From the NCBI RefSeq assembly GCF_009914755.1, contig NC_060925.1: a stretch of DNA of 64,000 bases; one strand, given 5' to 3'. The notes under the pieces were generated by a model, which saw only the letters and a program-made list of their open reading frames with translations, ran no database searches and was not told the origin of the DNA. The DNA is from the human T2T-CHM13v2.0 reference genome, Homo sapiens. A program made the position numbers and the translations under genes. Below, one piece after another: positions 38,230 through 55,291 of the stretch. Each line of letters begins with the position of its first letter. Within the stretch, counting starts at the first letter, position 1.

Positions 38230-38993
38230 TAGATTTTGATTCCTCAATGTGGCCAAGAAATAGAGCTACTTGCTGGGAGCAAGAAAGACAACATGACTTC
38301 TGGAAACTATTTATTATGAAAAATGAATTTTCATTATGTAGCAAATTACATTGCAGAAGTATTACAAAGAATTTTCATAGACATGGTATATTAAATCTCA
38401 AATCAATAATCATACATAGTCAATTAAAAATATCTTTGTTGATATCTTTCAGAACCTGGGAAATAATTTTCTGACTTTCAAATTTTTTAGTTTCTATTCA
38501 ATGGCAGAAAATCTATATTGTGCCAAACCAGTCTGAAAATTAGTAGTTGATTATATGCTGGACACAGAAAAATTTTCTATAACCTGTTAAATGCAACACT
38601 CCATTCATTGCTTAATTCTCCCCAAATAGCATAAGGTAATTAAGGCTTTTATAAACTTTTTTCTTTTTTTAGAACAGCCTACAGTGACAGAGGAGAATGG
38701 TTATATTGTTAATTAAAGCTGGTTCATCACTCATGTGGTAAACCTGACTCACATGGAAACTTAACTATTTTATCACAAAGATAAATGTTTATCATTTAAA
38801 TATGTATGTATTCACTTTTATACTTCTTGAAAGGATTTCTAGGAGTACAAAGTAAACTACTATAAATCTCTTTTCTCCCGGATGGCAATATTGTTGTGGG
38901 TGAGAAACAATTTAGTCCAGGAGAGCTATATCTAATCCGGTAGGACACTGTGGAGAATACAAGTGTTAAATTTTTGCTAAAAAACTAATATAT

Positions 38994-39288
<295 letters not shown>

Positions 39289-41060
39289 AGGCTAATATAT
39301 GGAGATTGATTTATCATTTTATCAAAAAGGTAACCCAAATACTAATATGACTTTTTTGAGACCATCCATTTAACAAATTGGACTAAAAGACTCAAAAGTT
39401 CTTTTATGTTTTATGCCCAAACTAATTAACATTGAGTAAAGTTAGTCCAAAAATTATAAACGTTTTATTGCTCATTTAAACTCATTATTTGCAGCAATTA
39501 TAAGCTATAGCAAATGAAGTTTACTTCCCTCAGATATTCTACAATTATTGTATGCCCTTAAATTTGTATTTTAAAATTCAGTTTTATATTCTAGCAAAAC
39601 TCTACAATTTGCCTTTTAGACAAAATTACTCTCTTTGCCTTGATAAGCAAAAACACATTAATTATATTGCATGCACTTTTCTAAATACTCAAACTGACTT
39701 AATTTCTTAAAGTAGTATAAAAGAACATGTGCATTAATCAGAACTAAGGGTACTTTTACATACTGTTCATTCTCCTACTTGATAGCCACTCTATAACGTG
39801 TAAAAATATGCAGCAAGGATATGTTAAAAATTTTATGAGACTCATCCAAAGATTTTTCACTAATTATCTCAGTGAAATATTAGCCAAGCTCATAAAGCTA
39901 ACTAGTATGTTAAAATTCATTTTAAACTGACACACTGCAGAGAATTTATACTAAAATATAAAAATTTACATGAAAATTGTGTTACATATGAAATTTGAAT
40001 TTTTTACCAGGTAGGGTATGTGTGGTTTTACCTATACAGTATAATTATTTGTAGCCCCATCTCAAGTTACAGGAACAAATGTTTTAAAAAATACTAGTTT
40101 AATAATTCAATTCAGCTGAGCCATAAATCCAGTAGGGGACATCTAGAAAGCTCTGGTAAGTTAAAATATTTTATAAACCAGAAAAATATGCTAACATTAA
40201 TTCTAAGATTGTGATAAAATCAGAGAAAAAACATAATTAATTTAAACCAAAATTATCAAACCATATACATTTATCCAAGGATTTCCCATGATTAAAAATA
40301 TTACTGAACTTCAGTCAAATTTTTAAAACGCTTCAATTTTGTTCTGAAGCACTGAAGTCCTTTGCGTTATGCGATTCTCTTACCCGCCTGCCTTCCCTTG
40401 CTTCTCGCCTTCTGACATAGTAACAAAGTCCATTAATTCACCTCAGAACTAAACCTCTCTATAGATTTTTTCTTCTGAGCTGCAGTTCAGCAAGTTACCT
40501 GTGCTAGTATACATAAGCCAAGGAAAACAGAAGCTCCATTAAACTTAAGAAATTGTTTAACCTAATTCATTAATTTTCTCCAGAGATAGGAAAATGTACA
40601 ATAATTTGTTCAGAAGATATTTACATACATACAACAAGAAGTCATTATCAAATTCGGAGCCAGTGATGATTTTCTCCCTGCTTTATTGTAGACTTTCATA
40701 TGCTATTTATTTATAGTCCTTATCCAGTCAGATTATAGATTATGGTAGAGACGTAATTTTTGAGGTTGAGTAATACTTTACTGTTGATGTATAGAATATT
40801 CCTCACAACTTATTTTAACTCATTTTTATATTTCTATGAGATTTTCCTTGTTTGGGGTTTTTTGTTTGTTTGAGAAAAGGGCTAGAGAAATTTAAATGCT
40901 TGAAAACCTTTAGAGTTTTCAGAAGCACCCAGAACTTCAAAGAAACACAAAGCTATTCTCATTAATGCTTTCTTAAGACAAATAAAGCAAAGCCCTATCA
41001 ACAGTTAGAGCTCTCCATTTTTCAAGCTATGCAAGATTGTCTCCAATAGTTATGGCTTCG

Positions 41061-41229
41061 GCAGTGGTTCAACTTGAGTGTGCATCAGAACCACCTGCAA
41101 AGCCTAATTAAACGGATTCCTTGGCTCACTTGGCAGTATATGACTCAGTAGGTAAGATTTGAGAATTTGCATATCTAACAAGTTGCCGGGTAATACTGAT
41201 ACCGATGTCTAGGGACTATGAGAATCACT
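41061..41229. mobile_element. MER5A-like hAT-Charlie DNA transposon
   Basis: cagtggttc ... tgcatcagaaccacctg ... tcagtaggt ... gagaatttgcatatctaacaagtt ... gagaatcact. Confidence 0.7.
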
Positions 41230-43554
41230 AACCTAGAGTGTTTAAAAAATGACCAATTTCTGTGCCCAATTATCTGCCAAAGTTTCCTAAGAGAAGGAAA
41301 ACAACAACAAACAAACAAACCAAAACAGAGAGAAACTGAGAGAAACAGCCACAACTGGAAACTAGTAACACAAAAACAAACCATTGTAAAAGCTAATTAA
41401 CTTATTTTCATACCAATGGGGAAAGATTTTTATTTCATTTTGGACCCACAAAAAGCTTTAGGAGTTTTTTCATGTGCCAGAAGGAAGCACATAACCTCCA
41501 AATTCACAATCTATTCTTTACCCGTTTGCTGTAGTTACTCTTCGTACCAAAGGTTCTGAGTCTGGAGTCTCTGCTTCCACTGGTCAGATAGACTCTCTCC
41601 TTACATTGTGGTCTCTCACTGAATGTTCTCACCCACTGCTTCCTCACTACGTAATATCTGCCCAAGAAGCTCCCGTCTTCGCATTCTCCCATCCCATATG
41701 CTGACATTCTTTCCAGTCCCTGCATTGTTATGAGAGCTCAGTGGGGGAGGGAGCTGAATGTCTGTATCCAGTCCACAACTATGATCTAGGATACTCTGTA
41801 TTAACCATAAATAATTGATGCAAGTTTCTTCCACTCAGCCATAGCTGAGCCAGATTACCCGCAATGCTATCTCATCCCACCACAGTCTCTACGACTAATT
41901 TCTATTATACAAGGTAAGATCAACATTTGAAGTGATTGAGTTTAAACATAAAAAGATGTATTGGCTCCTGCGACTGGGCAGTCTTCAGGGTTAGTTGCTT
42001 GAGTGATCAACGATACCATTAAGATTATGATTGGGACATGAAAAAAAGAACTGGCAAATAAGGAGAGAACTTTGACAATAGAAAGGCATTTAATCCTTGT
42101 GTTGTTTTGAGCGCCCTAAAGGAAAAGACAAATTAAAGGCAGATCCTAACAGAACTATTAACAAAGAAGGAAGAGGGTGAATGAGACTCTTGAATCAAAA
42201 ATTCTTAATTCTTAACTCCACCTGTGAAATCTTACTTAATCTGGTTATACTGAGAATAATCATCACACCATTCTGTCTCACATTCTAGAAGGCTTTGTAG
42301 TGGTAGAACTGTAAACAACATATAAACATTTCTGAAATATTGTGGTTGTTTTATCTTCCATAAGCCTCACACAAGCCGTGTGTATGATCATCCATCTTCT
42401 GGGCCATTATCTGATTATTGCTGCTATCTCTCGCTTTGGGGAAAGGAGAGTCTCTTTCCTTATCAATAGTATTGGATCAGCTCTTCTAATTTCATGATGA
42501 CATGAGTGTTCAGGAATGATGGAAGGCAAATGTAACCCTGAGAAAACTTTGTTTAACTACTGCATTTCACAAGTCCATATCCATCCTAGAAGGTCTTCCA
42601 GCCTGCTCTCTGCCTTGCTCCCAAGATGGCCACATGTAGGTCTCTTCTTTCCCGTAACCAGAGGGTTATAGATTATATTATCCTTCAAAGTCTGGGATAA
42701 ACCAATTTCTCACTCTAAAGAGAACAACGTGTTTTGATTTTTCCAACCCTAACCCTAGCCTAAAGTCTACCTTCTAATCCTATCTTATTATAAATGTCCC
42801 TGGATTGATCTTTCAAGGGATTTTTGCCTACTGAAAAAATATTACTCTCACTCAAAGAATTGTGGCCTGACAAGAAATCTACAAGAGTCTTGGACACAGA
42901 GGCCAAAACATCATAACGTCTGGATTATTCAGGCTAAAGTAATATCACCTGTGGGTTACCCACAGCCCAGTCCTCAGCTTCAGACAATGCCGGAGTCACT
43001 AGTGTTCTGTTTTCTTTCCTCTATCATTCCTATTCAAAAATTCTAAAAATTTGGAGTTCCATTTCTCTTAAGAAGACATGAATACATTAGTACAGTAACA
43101 TATTTATTTCTACTTCCTTGAAATATTATTGAGAAATCCATCATTTTCCAAACTTTTCTTTCTATTGTGTAAAACAGGGATGAATGGCCATGAGCACTTC
43201 ATTGCCTCATCTCAGGTGACACTTTTTTGCCCTTTGAAAAGCCTATAATGTACTTTATAATGTAGTTTAACTTTTCCACTTCACCTCATGTAAGCAAACT
43301 GATTTTCCAACTTATCAATACAGTATGAACATTTCTCCAAGTCAATTAACAAAAAGAGGAAATATCACTTTAAATGAAGGCACAGTTTCTCTATATAGAG
43401 AAAAATAATATGTGTGCATATATGCATGTGTAAATATATGTATATGACTAAATTCTACAAGTTTTTAAACTGTCTTTTTACTGATGGAGACTCATCATGG
43501 TTTTTTTCCCCCTGTACTACAAACAAAGTAGCCATAAACATTCTAACATTCTGG

Positions 43555-43880
43555 AGTATGGTATCCCTTATATGAAATGCTTGGGACCAAAAATATTGTA
43601 GATTTTGGATTTTTTCAAATTTTGAAATATTTTCATATCATAACATGATATGTTAGGAATGAGACCCAATCTAAATTTATTTACATTCCCTACATATAGT
43701 ATACATGTAGCCTGAAGGTAATTTTATGTATTTGTAAAATTTTGTGCAAGAAACAAAATTTTGACTGTCTTTTGGCTGTGACCAGTCATATAATGTCATA
43801 TGTGAAATTTTTCACCTGTGGCATCATATCAGTGCTCAAAATGTTTCCAATTTTGAAGCATTTCAGATTTCAGATTTTTT
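43555..43880. mobile_element. MER46/Tigger4-like DNA transposon fragment
   Basis: gtatcccttatatgaaatgcttgggaccaaaa ... gattttggatttttt ... gctcaaaatgtttccaattttgaagcatttcagattt. Confidence 0.65.
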
Positions 43881-44277
43881 AGTTGACCTTGGAACAACAT
43901 GGGTTTCAACTGTGCAGGTCTGCCTACACTGGTATTTTTTTAAAAAAATAAATATATCAGAAAAAGTTTTGGAGAATTGCAATTGAAAAAACTAGCAGAC
44001 TAACTGCATAGCCTAGAATATAAAAAAAAAATAAGAAAAAGCTATGTACATCCTGAATGCATAAAGTATATGTATATATTAATCTATTTTATCATTTACT
44101 ACCATAAAATATACACAAATCCATTATAAAAAGTTAAAACTTATCAAAATGTATGCACACAAACCGTACAAGTCACTATTTGCAGTCAAGAGAAACATAA
44201 ACAAACATAAAGATGCTGTATTAAACCACAACTGCATACAATTAACTATAGCACATACTGTACTACCCAAATAATTA

Positions 44278-44500
44278 CTTTTATTTTATTTTTATAAATG
44301 TGCTAGGTACAAGCATACTTTTATTATATGATTGTTTTGTTATTTGGATATATTGCTAGTGGTGAAGTCTGAGCTTTTACTGTACTCATCACCCCAATAG
44401 TGAACATTGTACCCAATAATAATTTTTCAACCCTCACTCCCCTCCAACCCTGGCATCTTTTGGAATATTCTCCAGCGTCTACTTTCCAGTGTATATACTA
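44278..44500 (-). mobile_element. L1 (L1PB/L1MA-type) 3' end inserted in Tigger2
   Basis: T-rich tail, then agtggtgaagtctgagcttttactgtactcatcacccc aatagtgaacattgtacccaata. Confidence 0.65.
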
Positions 44501-45115
44501 TTATAATAATTTTGTAGCCACCCCCTGTTGCTACTGTGGTGAGCTCATGTTGCCAGTATCTGCCATGAGCACTTGGTCTCTTCAGTAAATTCTGTATCTA
44601 AGTAAATAGTGTGTTCTCTCACAGTTCTCTTTTCATTGTGCTTAGTGTAATACTATAAATCTTGAATAACACCATGAGACCAATACAAAGTGCCACAAGT
44701 GATGCTGGGAGTGCTCCCAAGAAGCAGAGAAAAGTTGTGACATTATGAGAAAAAGTTAGATTGCTTCCTATAGGTTGAGTTCTTCAGCTGCCTGCCATTT
44801 CAAAATAAATGAATCCAGTGTAAGGTCCCTTAAAAAAAAAAAAGAGAAATTCATAAGGCCTCATTTCGTGTCAACAGGCATGAAAACCTTGTCCTTTCTT
44901 ATCTCACATTCAAAATGCAGCTTTTATGTGGGGTACAGAATTGCTATAAGAAAGACATACCTATAGACTCTTATTTGATTCAAGAAATAGCGAAGTCATT
45001 ATTTGACAACATAAAGTAAAAGCAAGGTGAAAGATCTAAAGCTGGAGAATTTAATGGCAGCAAAGGATGATTTGATAATTTTAGAAAGTGGTTTGGTTTT
45101 AAAAATGTCAGGATA

Positions 45116-45467
<352 letters not shown>

Positions 45468-47370
45468 TCAAATGCCATTAAGAAAAACATTGAGGAGAAA
45501 GGATATCTGCCTGAATAGGTATTAATGCAGCTGAAAGTGCCCTATTCCAGGGGGAAAAATAAAAGCCACAAAGGTCATTTATTAGTAAGGAAGAGAAGCA
45601 AGCACCAAGATTTAAGGCAGGAAGGGATAGGCTAACTCTACTGCTTTGTGCAAATGTAGTCGGGTTTATGATCAGGGCTGCCCTTAACTATAAAGCTGCT
45701 AACCCCTGGGTCTTGAAAGGGAAAAGAGAAACACTAGTTGCCAGTCTTTTGGTTGTACAACAAGAAGGCCTGGACTATGAGAATGCTTTTTCTGGATTAG
45801 TTCCATCAATGCTTTGTCCCTGAAGTCAGAAGTACCTTGCCAGTAAGGGACTGCTTTTTAAAGTTTTTTGTTGTTGTTGTTTAATTGGAAAATGCCCCCT
45901 GGCCACCCAGAACCCCATGAGTTCAACACCAAAGGCACTGAAGGGTTCTCCTTTTCCCCCAAACACATCTCTACTTCAGCCTCTAGATAAGGAAGTCATA
46001 AGGACCTTTAAGGCTCTACATATGGCACTCTATGGAAAGGTTTGTCAACATTGCAAAAGAGAAACCCAATAGAGAGAACATCATGGAAGTCTGGAAGGCT
46101 TACACCTTTCAAGATGTCATCAGTTGATATAGAAAACCATGAAACTCAAAACAATGAATTCCTGCTGGACAAAAGTACAATTTGTGTCCAGATGTTGTGC
46201 ATAGCTACAGAATTACGACAAACCCAATTTAGAGAAAACCATGGAAAGAAGTATGGATGTGAAGGGAAAAAAAGGTGTGGAGTGAAGGGTTGCAAGATAT
46301 GGATCTTGGAGGAATTTAAGAGCTAATACACACCACACCAGAGGAATTAACAAAAGATGACTTCATGGAGATGAGTGCTTCCTAACCAGTGCCAGATAAT
46401 GAGGAAGAAGACATAGGAAAAGCAGTGCCAGAAAACAAATTGGCATTCAACAATCTGGCTTTGATTATTCAAGACTACTTTTGACTTCTTTTATGACATA
46501 GACCGTTCCATGATACAGGAACTGAAACTAAAGCAAATGGTGGAAGACGGATAGGTACTACACTGAAATGTTTTTAGAGAAATGAAAAAGCAAAATAGAC
46601 AGAAATAATGATGTATTTTTGTAAAGTTTCACCAAGTGTGCTTGCCTCTTTTGCTTCCCCTTCCATCCCTTCACCCTCTTCCACCTCTGCTACCCTAAGA
46701 CACAAAGACCAGCTCCTCCTCCTCCTCCTCTGCCTACTCAACATGAAGACAACAATGATGAAGACCTTTAGGGTGATCCACTTCCACTTAATGAATGGGT
46801 CATATATTTTCTCTTCCTTACAATTTTCTTGATTATAATTTCTTTTCTGTAGCTTAGTTTATTGTAAGAATACAGTATATAATACACATAGCATGCAAAA
46901 TATGTCTTAAATGTAACGCATGTTATCAGTAAGCCTTCTGGTCAACAATAGGTTATTAGTAGTTTGGGGGGAATCAAAAGTTGTATGCGGATTTTTCACT
47001 GTGTGGGAAGCCAGCTCCCCTAACCCTATGTTGTTCAAGGGGCAACAATATTCTTTCTCACTGGCACTTTACTTTCCATAAATTCAAATCCCAAAAGTAG
47101 AACTGCAAGTTCAAAAGGATTTTTAAAAAAATAATTACTGTCAGATTACAGAAAGTTTCCAATTTACATTTTCACTACCAATGTACAATGTTGGCATCCC
47201 TGAATCCTTATCAGCAATGAATTTTTAAATATACTATAAGAGATGAAAAAATTTTTTTTAAATTTGGAATTCCCTGATCACTAATGAAGTTAAGCATCAA
47301 TATTATTCCTTTAATATGCAAATGCTGAAAATACATTTAACTATAATAGATGTCAAAAATCTGTAAATCA

Positions 47371-47526
47371 GGCTAGGTGTGGTAGGCACTCACCTGTATT
47401 CCCAGCCACTGGGAGACTTGAGTCCAGGAGTTCCAGACTGTAGTATGCAATGATCAAGCCTGTGAATAGCCACTGCACTCCAGCATGGACAACATAGCAA
47501 GACCCCATCTTTTTTTAAAAAAAAAG
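47371..47526 (+). mobile_element. FAM-like fossil Alu monomer
   Basis: 7SL-like gcctgtgaatagccactgcactccagc ... caacatagcaagacccc. Confidence 0.65.
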
Positions 47527-47596
47527 AGTCTATAAGACAAAGGTCCTCATAAATTAAGAGAAGCCAAGACAGTCACTGTGACTGCAGAATATTTTA

Positions 47597-49337
<1,741 letters not shown>

Positions 49338-50420
49338 TTCAAATATTATTGTAAAACAATGAGATATTGAAACATACATTGGAGCAAACTCTTCTTCATT
49401 CTTAAATCCTTTCAGCACAGAGACAATCAACTGACTGTGTGGGTACTACCTGACCACTATTGGAGTCTCTTTCATCTGCCTGAGTCTGTGCAACAATATG
49501 AAATTATAATTTTACTATGCACCTAAACGTTCCTCAATATATTGAATTCCTACAGAATTTGAAGAGTCAAATTTTGTAAATCCAGTTACCTTTTTCCACT
49601 ACTCTAGGCCTCATATACTATCTGGCCTAAGGGTTAAAGGTCCACAATTGAATAAGCCAAACTTGTTAATTTGAGGGTAAAGCATGTCAAGAAATCTGGC
49701 CTTAATGTCCAATGAACTTATGTCATATTAAGTAGCTGGATAGAAACATGCATTCCAAAGTGGATACTGTTTATCAGGCTCAGTGCTCTATTCTTGACAG
49801 TAAATCCCAGAATAGGGTGGATGCTTTACTTTTGTATTAAATAGTATTAGGTGTAATATCAAAACCACTAAGGGAACACTAATGATGAGAATAGGAACAC
49901 TAGCTGTGGAGCTGGCAATTTTCTATAGAAATCCTATCTCTTTCAATTGCCTGTTTAGTGGGCAAGTGTTTCAGTTCCTATAATATCTAAATTGGAGAAA
50001 ATCACCCCACCTACTTCTTCAGGTGTTATGATAATTATGAGGGATAACATCTTTTTAAGTGTTTAACACAATTCCTCACACATAGAAAGCAATAATAAAC
50101 ATTGGCTAGCATTGTAAGGATGGATTATTGTCTTCCAATGTGTTTTCATACATTTTCTTTCTGGGATCTTGAGTGAAACATGTGGATCTAGAACAAGAAC
50201 AAAATGATGTTACCTTGATGATCTCTATGTAGGGTCACACTCAAGGCATCTTAAAATATTTTGCTGGCCAACAAAAGACACCTCCTGTTCTAATTGGGCA
50301 TTGTCCTTTTCTTTAAACTATGCAGACAAACAATATTATAAAGTGAGAACATCCGCATAAAAAACCTAAACATAAATCTTAATAGTGAGTTCATGAAAAT
50401 TCTTACTGATGAAATGGCAA

Positions 50421-50777
50421 TGTCACAGACTGACTGTTTATGTCCCCCCAAATTTGTATATTGAAATCCTAACCCCCAAGCTACTCGTGTTAGGAGATAG
50501 AGCCTTGGGGAGGTGATTAGGTCATGAGGACAAGATTCTCATGAATGGGATTTGTGCCCTCATAAAAGAGACCCCAGAGAGCTCATTGGCCCCTTCCAAA
50601 GTATGGGGATACAGCAGGAAGTTGCCATCTATGAGCCAGAAGGGTGAACCTCACCCCAGATGCTGAATCTGCCTTGATATTGGACTTCCCAGCCTGCACA
50701 ACTGTAAGAAATTTCTGTTGTTTATAAGTTACTCAGCTTGTGGTATTTTGTTACAGCAGCCTACACAGACTAAGACA
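50421..50777 (+). mobile_element. MLT1A0-like MaLR LTR
   Basis: tgtcacagactgactgtttatgtccccc ... gaggtgattaggtcatgagg ... cagactaagaca. Confidence 0.8.
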
Positions 50778-51754
50778 AGTAGCATTTTGAGGATTAAAAT
50801 TTCTTCATAAATGAATAGAGTATGCCCTGTTAAACCATATTCTCAGCTAACCCCGTTTACTCACTGTTCCTCTTTATTTTAGTTTCACATTTTTGCTATT
50901 TATCTCTGTAATTTTATTCATTCTTCACAATTTGCCATTCTTATACTTCAAATCATGTTATCAGTTTATAATACCTCCATCAAATGATAGTCTGCATTTG
51001 TTTATCCTTGGCTGATTCAAAACACTTGGCATAATTTCCTTAAAGGAAATCATCTTCATCCCACCTCACAACACTGTATTATTTTCAATTAATTTCCAAT
51101 AAACTCTTAATTGTCCATGCTCTGTCAGAGTTGGCAGAGTTAATCCCTGTTTAAGCTAATAGGTTCAACTTCTTCAACAAACAAATCTTTCATGAAAGCT
51201 GCTGACAAGCCAGAGTATTAATTAAATCTAGTTTCATTGCTTCTCACTTTCCTTGATCTTTCTCTCTTGTTCTTTGGGAAACAGTCACAGAGTTCTGGCG
51301 CTAATAAATACTATAAAAAGTAGGAAACACAGTCTAAAGAAGCAGAATATTCTGTTTAAAGTTGATGTGGTGCTTTTTGTGCACCAAGCATTGGCTCAAA
51401 AGCCTGAAAATTAGGCAGCAATACTTCCTAAGCTCATCTTCAACCATAAGGCAGAAAAGCCAAACATATCTGAAAATATAATATCACTGGTACCTTATAC
51501 CAGCACTAAGAATAAGAAAACCCTGGAAAGTGGCTCGAGTATAGTATTTTTCTATTGGAATTAATTTTTCAAAATGGAAAGGACTTCATTGTTATTTTTA
51601 TTATAAAATTAGTATATGTTTATTATTAAAAATAAGTACAAAAATCTCTAAAAGAAAAAGGGAAAAATTACCAGCAGTTCCACATTCCAGATATCATCAC
51701 TGTTAGCATTTAGGATACAAATATCCAAACACTTTTTCTATCAATACATTTAAT

Positions 51755-51853
51755 TTTTAAATTTGACCATTACGCAATGTACACATGCACTAAAGCACCA
51801 CACTGTACCCCATAAACATGTGCAATTATTATGTCAATTAAAAACAAAATAAA
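51755..51853 (+). mobile_element. L1M 3'-terminal fragment
   Basis: cacactgtaccccataaacatgtgcaattattatgtcaattaaaa. Confidence 0.6.
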
Positions 51854-52717
51854 AGCATTTTACAAAAAATCATGTTATTTTTAATAACTTGTTTTTCTAA
51901 TTTTATACACCATAAAATAAATGTCTTTACATGACATTTATTTTATGATAATAACTAATTTATTCATTTAAACAGCAAGGTACATTTCATTCTACAGATA
52001 TACTATATAATATTTACTCCGATCTCTGGATGAGAATTTATGTTGCCCGTAAATATTGTATCACAAACATTATAAGAATAATCTCTGTAAAGGTTTTCTT
52101 CCTGAATTATTATTTGGGTAGAAAAATTACTAGAAATAGAATAACTGGGTCAAAGATTAAAGACAATTTAAATTTCAATATATAGAATCAAATTATTCTC
52201 CAAAATATTGTACTCTACAGTATTTGAATTTTGATTTTTTTCTCCATTTTCACTACTGCCAATAACTTTAATCTTTGTCGATAAATGAGACAAAAAAGAC
52301 AAATAATGCAATATTATACAAGGGAGATTAATAGGTAGAAAAAGAAATGCAATGGCCAGGAGTAACAGAAGATGTTCAACATCAATCCAACCAAATTAAT
52401 GAGTCTTTAAAATGCAATAGCAGTCAATGTTAGCAAGAGTGTAGGTATTAGACATTCTCATAGGAATATAAACTAGGGCCATGTTTTAGGATCATATTAG
52501 ATCACAGCAATTAAAACATGTTAAATTCATATGTTCTATAGCAACTTCTCAGGTTGGAATTTATCACATGGAGAATCTTGTAAAATACATAAATCAAGAT
52601 ATGTTATTAATGTTATTGGTAGCCTATTGTTTAAATAAAAAATATATTTATACAATACAGTTGTTAAAAGTTAAGAATATCTTGAAGGTAAATTGTTAAA
52701 CAAAAATAGAAAGCCTA

Positions 52718-52850
52718 GGCCAGGCAAGACTTCATCTCATGCTTGTAATCCCAACACTTTTGGAGACTGAGGCGGGAGGATTGCTTGAGCCCAGGAGTTT
52801 GAGACCAACCTGGGCAACACAGTGAGACCTCATCTCTAGAAAAAAAAAAA
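52718..52850 (+). mobile_element. FLAM_C-like Alu monomer
   Basis: Left monomer with A tail; aaaata(g/c)aaagccta on both flanks. Confidence 0.8.
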
Positions 52851-54237
52851 TACAAAGCCTAGTTCTGAACATCCTTTTGTGTAATACTAAAAGATAAAAT
52901 TTTATTTTCTAACTTGTTTAAGATCTATATTCTATACGGGGGATGTGTATTAAGGTCATTTTTAAAAAGATACTCAAGAAATTGTCAACAGTGATTATCT
53001 TAAGGAGAGATTCCAGATGTCTGGGGGTAAGAGACTAGAGGAAAGAGAATTTTATATTTCATTTTTACCTTTATTTAATTTTTTGATTTTCTTACTGGGT
53101 GCATGAATTATATTTTTATGTCAGCATGTTTTATCAGATAAATAAAATTATGAGCTATTTCTGTTTTCTCTCATTTGTTTTATGTTTAAATAAAGGAAAA
53201 TGAGATATGTCTTTTTAAATTAGATAATCTTGAGTCCATGATTATTATGAAAGCCCTCTGTTATCTTTTTCCTTCCTTTCACAATGACTATTTATGTTGT
53301 AGAATCATTAATTTCTCAAGACAAATGTCTTAGAAGGTAGATACAAAAAAATGGTATACATTTTTTGATTCAAGCTAATTTCATGTTATGAACAAAATTA
53401 CGTAATGTCATTTCTAAGACCTTTCTGTGATCTATCAATCCACTAGGTTAAAGAGCAGAAATCACTTCCAAAACAAATCCTTTTGCAGTCAGCAAAATGA
53501 AGCAATTATATGAATAAGTTTTTCCACTTGGCCTATTTTTCTACCCATGGTTATTAATCAGTCTCACTGACTACATTTTCCGTTTTACATCCCCTTTCAG
53601 GCACTACTGCAGATGGCCAAGCATATCACATTATGTAAATAAAATAAAACAAAATCTTTTCCCATTGAGCAAATGGATATACTTCACCTCTAATGCTTCC
53701 AGTCTTTCTCAGATCATTCAAAAAGCATGATATGGTTTCCATAAAAGGACATTCATCCCATTTGACTAACTGGAATTTCTTTACTCCAGCTAATCTTTAC
53801 CAAAGAGCTGAATTAATTCAAGTTGACACCCTGTTATCTACCAGCTCTTCCAGCCCTTTTGCTTGATTGTTTTGTCATTTTGCCTTTTCTTTTCTTCTAA
53901 AGTGGGAGTATGGAGATTTACCCTTCTGAAACAGCTGTGTCACATCATGATCCTTGAGGATATCAGCTCTTAACTGGCTGCACATCAAAATCACTGTTTC
54001 CTTTGACCAATACTCTAGACACACTCAAGCAGAGATTCTGGATTCTGATTTAATTGACACAGAGTAGGGCCTGGGCATTTTTACAGCTCCCCACATGATT
54101 CTATTGTGCCTCATCTATCCTAGCCCTTAAGCAGGACCAAACATTTGTTCTATCTTAATTATTATTCTCTTAAACTTAGTCCAATTCCTTACAAATGATA
54201 GCTTTCTGTATACTCATCTGCCTTGAGTGATGACAAT

Positions 54238-54600
54238 TGATATGGTTTGGCTGTGTCCACACCCAATCTCATCTTGTAGCTCCCATAATTCCCACATGTT
54301 GTGGGAGGGGCCCAGTGGGAGATAACTGAATCATGAGGATGGGTCTTTCCTGTGCTGTTCTTGTGTTAGTGAGTAAGTCTCATGAGATCTGATCATTTTT
54401 AAAATGGGAGTTTCCCTGCACAAGCTGTCTCTTTGCCTGCTGCCATCCATGTAAGATGTGACTTGCTCCTCTTTGTCCTCCACCATGATTGTGAGGCCTC
54501 CCCACCCATGTGGAACTGTAAGTCCATTAAACCTCTTTCTTTTGTAAATTGTCCAGTCTCAGGTATGTCTTTATCAGCAGCATGAAAACAGATGAATACA
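54238..54600 (+). mobile_element. THE1B-like solo LTR
   Basis: tgatatggtttggctgtgtcc ... cagcagcatgaaaacagatgaataca with 5-bp TSD acaat on both sides. Confidence 0.9.
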
Positions 54601-54839
54601 ACAATACTGTAACAAATCGACTCACATCTGTTCTCTTTATAGGAATTGCAGTGCTACAATATTAGTGGCTCTTAATTCTAAGAGTGTTAAAAAAATATTA
54701 ATGCTTGTCTCACCCCTAAAGTCTAGGGTGTGACCTGAGTATTAGGTTATTTAAAACTTTTCTCAGGTAATAGACATGTGCAGCCGAGGTTGAGAGCCAC
54801 TCTATAGGGCCAAGATATGTAAGAAAATTCAAGTCCTTT

Positions 54840-54984
54840 AGCTGGGCATGGTGGCATGCAGCTGTAGCCCCAGGTACTCTGGAAGCTGAGGTGGGAGGAT
54901 TGCTTGAGCCCAGGAGAGAGAGGCTGCATTAAGCTATGATCACATCACTGCACTCTAGCCTGGGTGACAAAGTGAGATCATGTC
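54840..54984 (+). mobile_element. Alu right monomer (FRAM/AluJ-like)
   Basis: gctgggcatggtggcatgc ... ctgaggtgggaggattgcttgagcccagg; TSD aagaaaattcaagtcct. Confidence 0.8.
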
Positions 54985-55291
54985 AAAAAAAAAAAAAAAA
55001 AGAAAGAAAGGAGAAAGAAAGGAAGAAGAGGAAGGAAGGAAGGAAGGAAGGAAGGAAGGAAGGAAGGAAGGAAGGAAGGAAGGAAAAGAAGACAGAAAGA
55101 AGAAAGAAAGAAAGAAAGAAAGGAACAAAGAAAGAAAGAAGAGAAAAAGAGAGAGAGGAAGAAAGAGAGAAAGAAAAAAGAAAAAGGAAGGAAGGAAAGG
55201 AAGAAAGAAAGAAAAAGAGAGAAAGAAGAAAGAAAAGGAAAGAAAGAAAGAAAGAAAGAGAGAAAGAGAGAAAGAAGGAAAAGAAAGAAAA
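54985..55291 (+). repeat. ~300-bp polypurine (GGAA/GAAA)n low-complexity tract
   Basis: Read directly; almost exclusively A/G. Confidence 0.95.

Noticed and set aside
42746-42760. aaccctaaccctagcc resembling telomeric repeat
   Set aside because: Only about two units; expected by chance.
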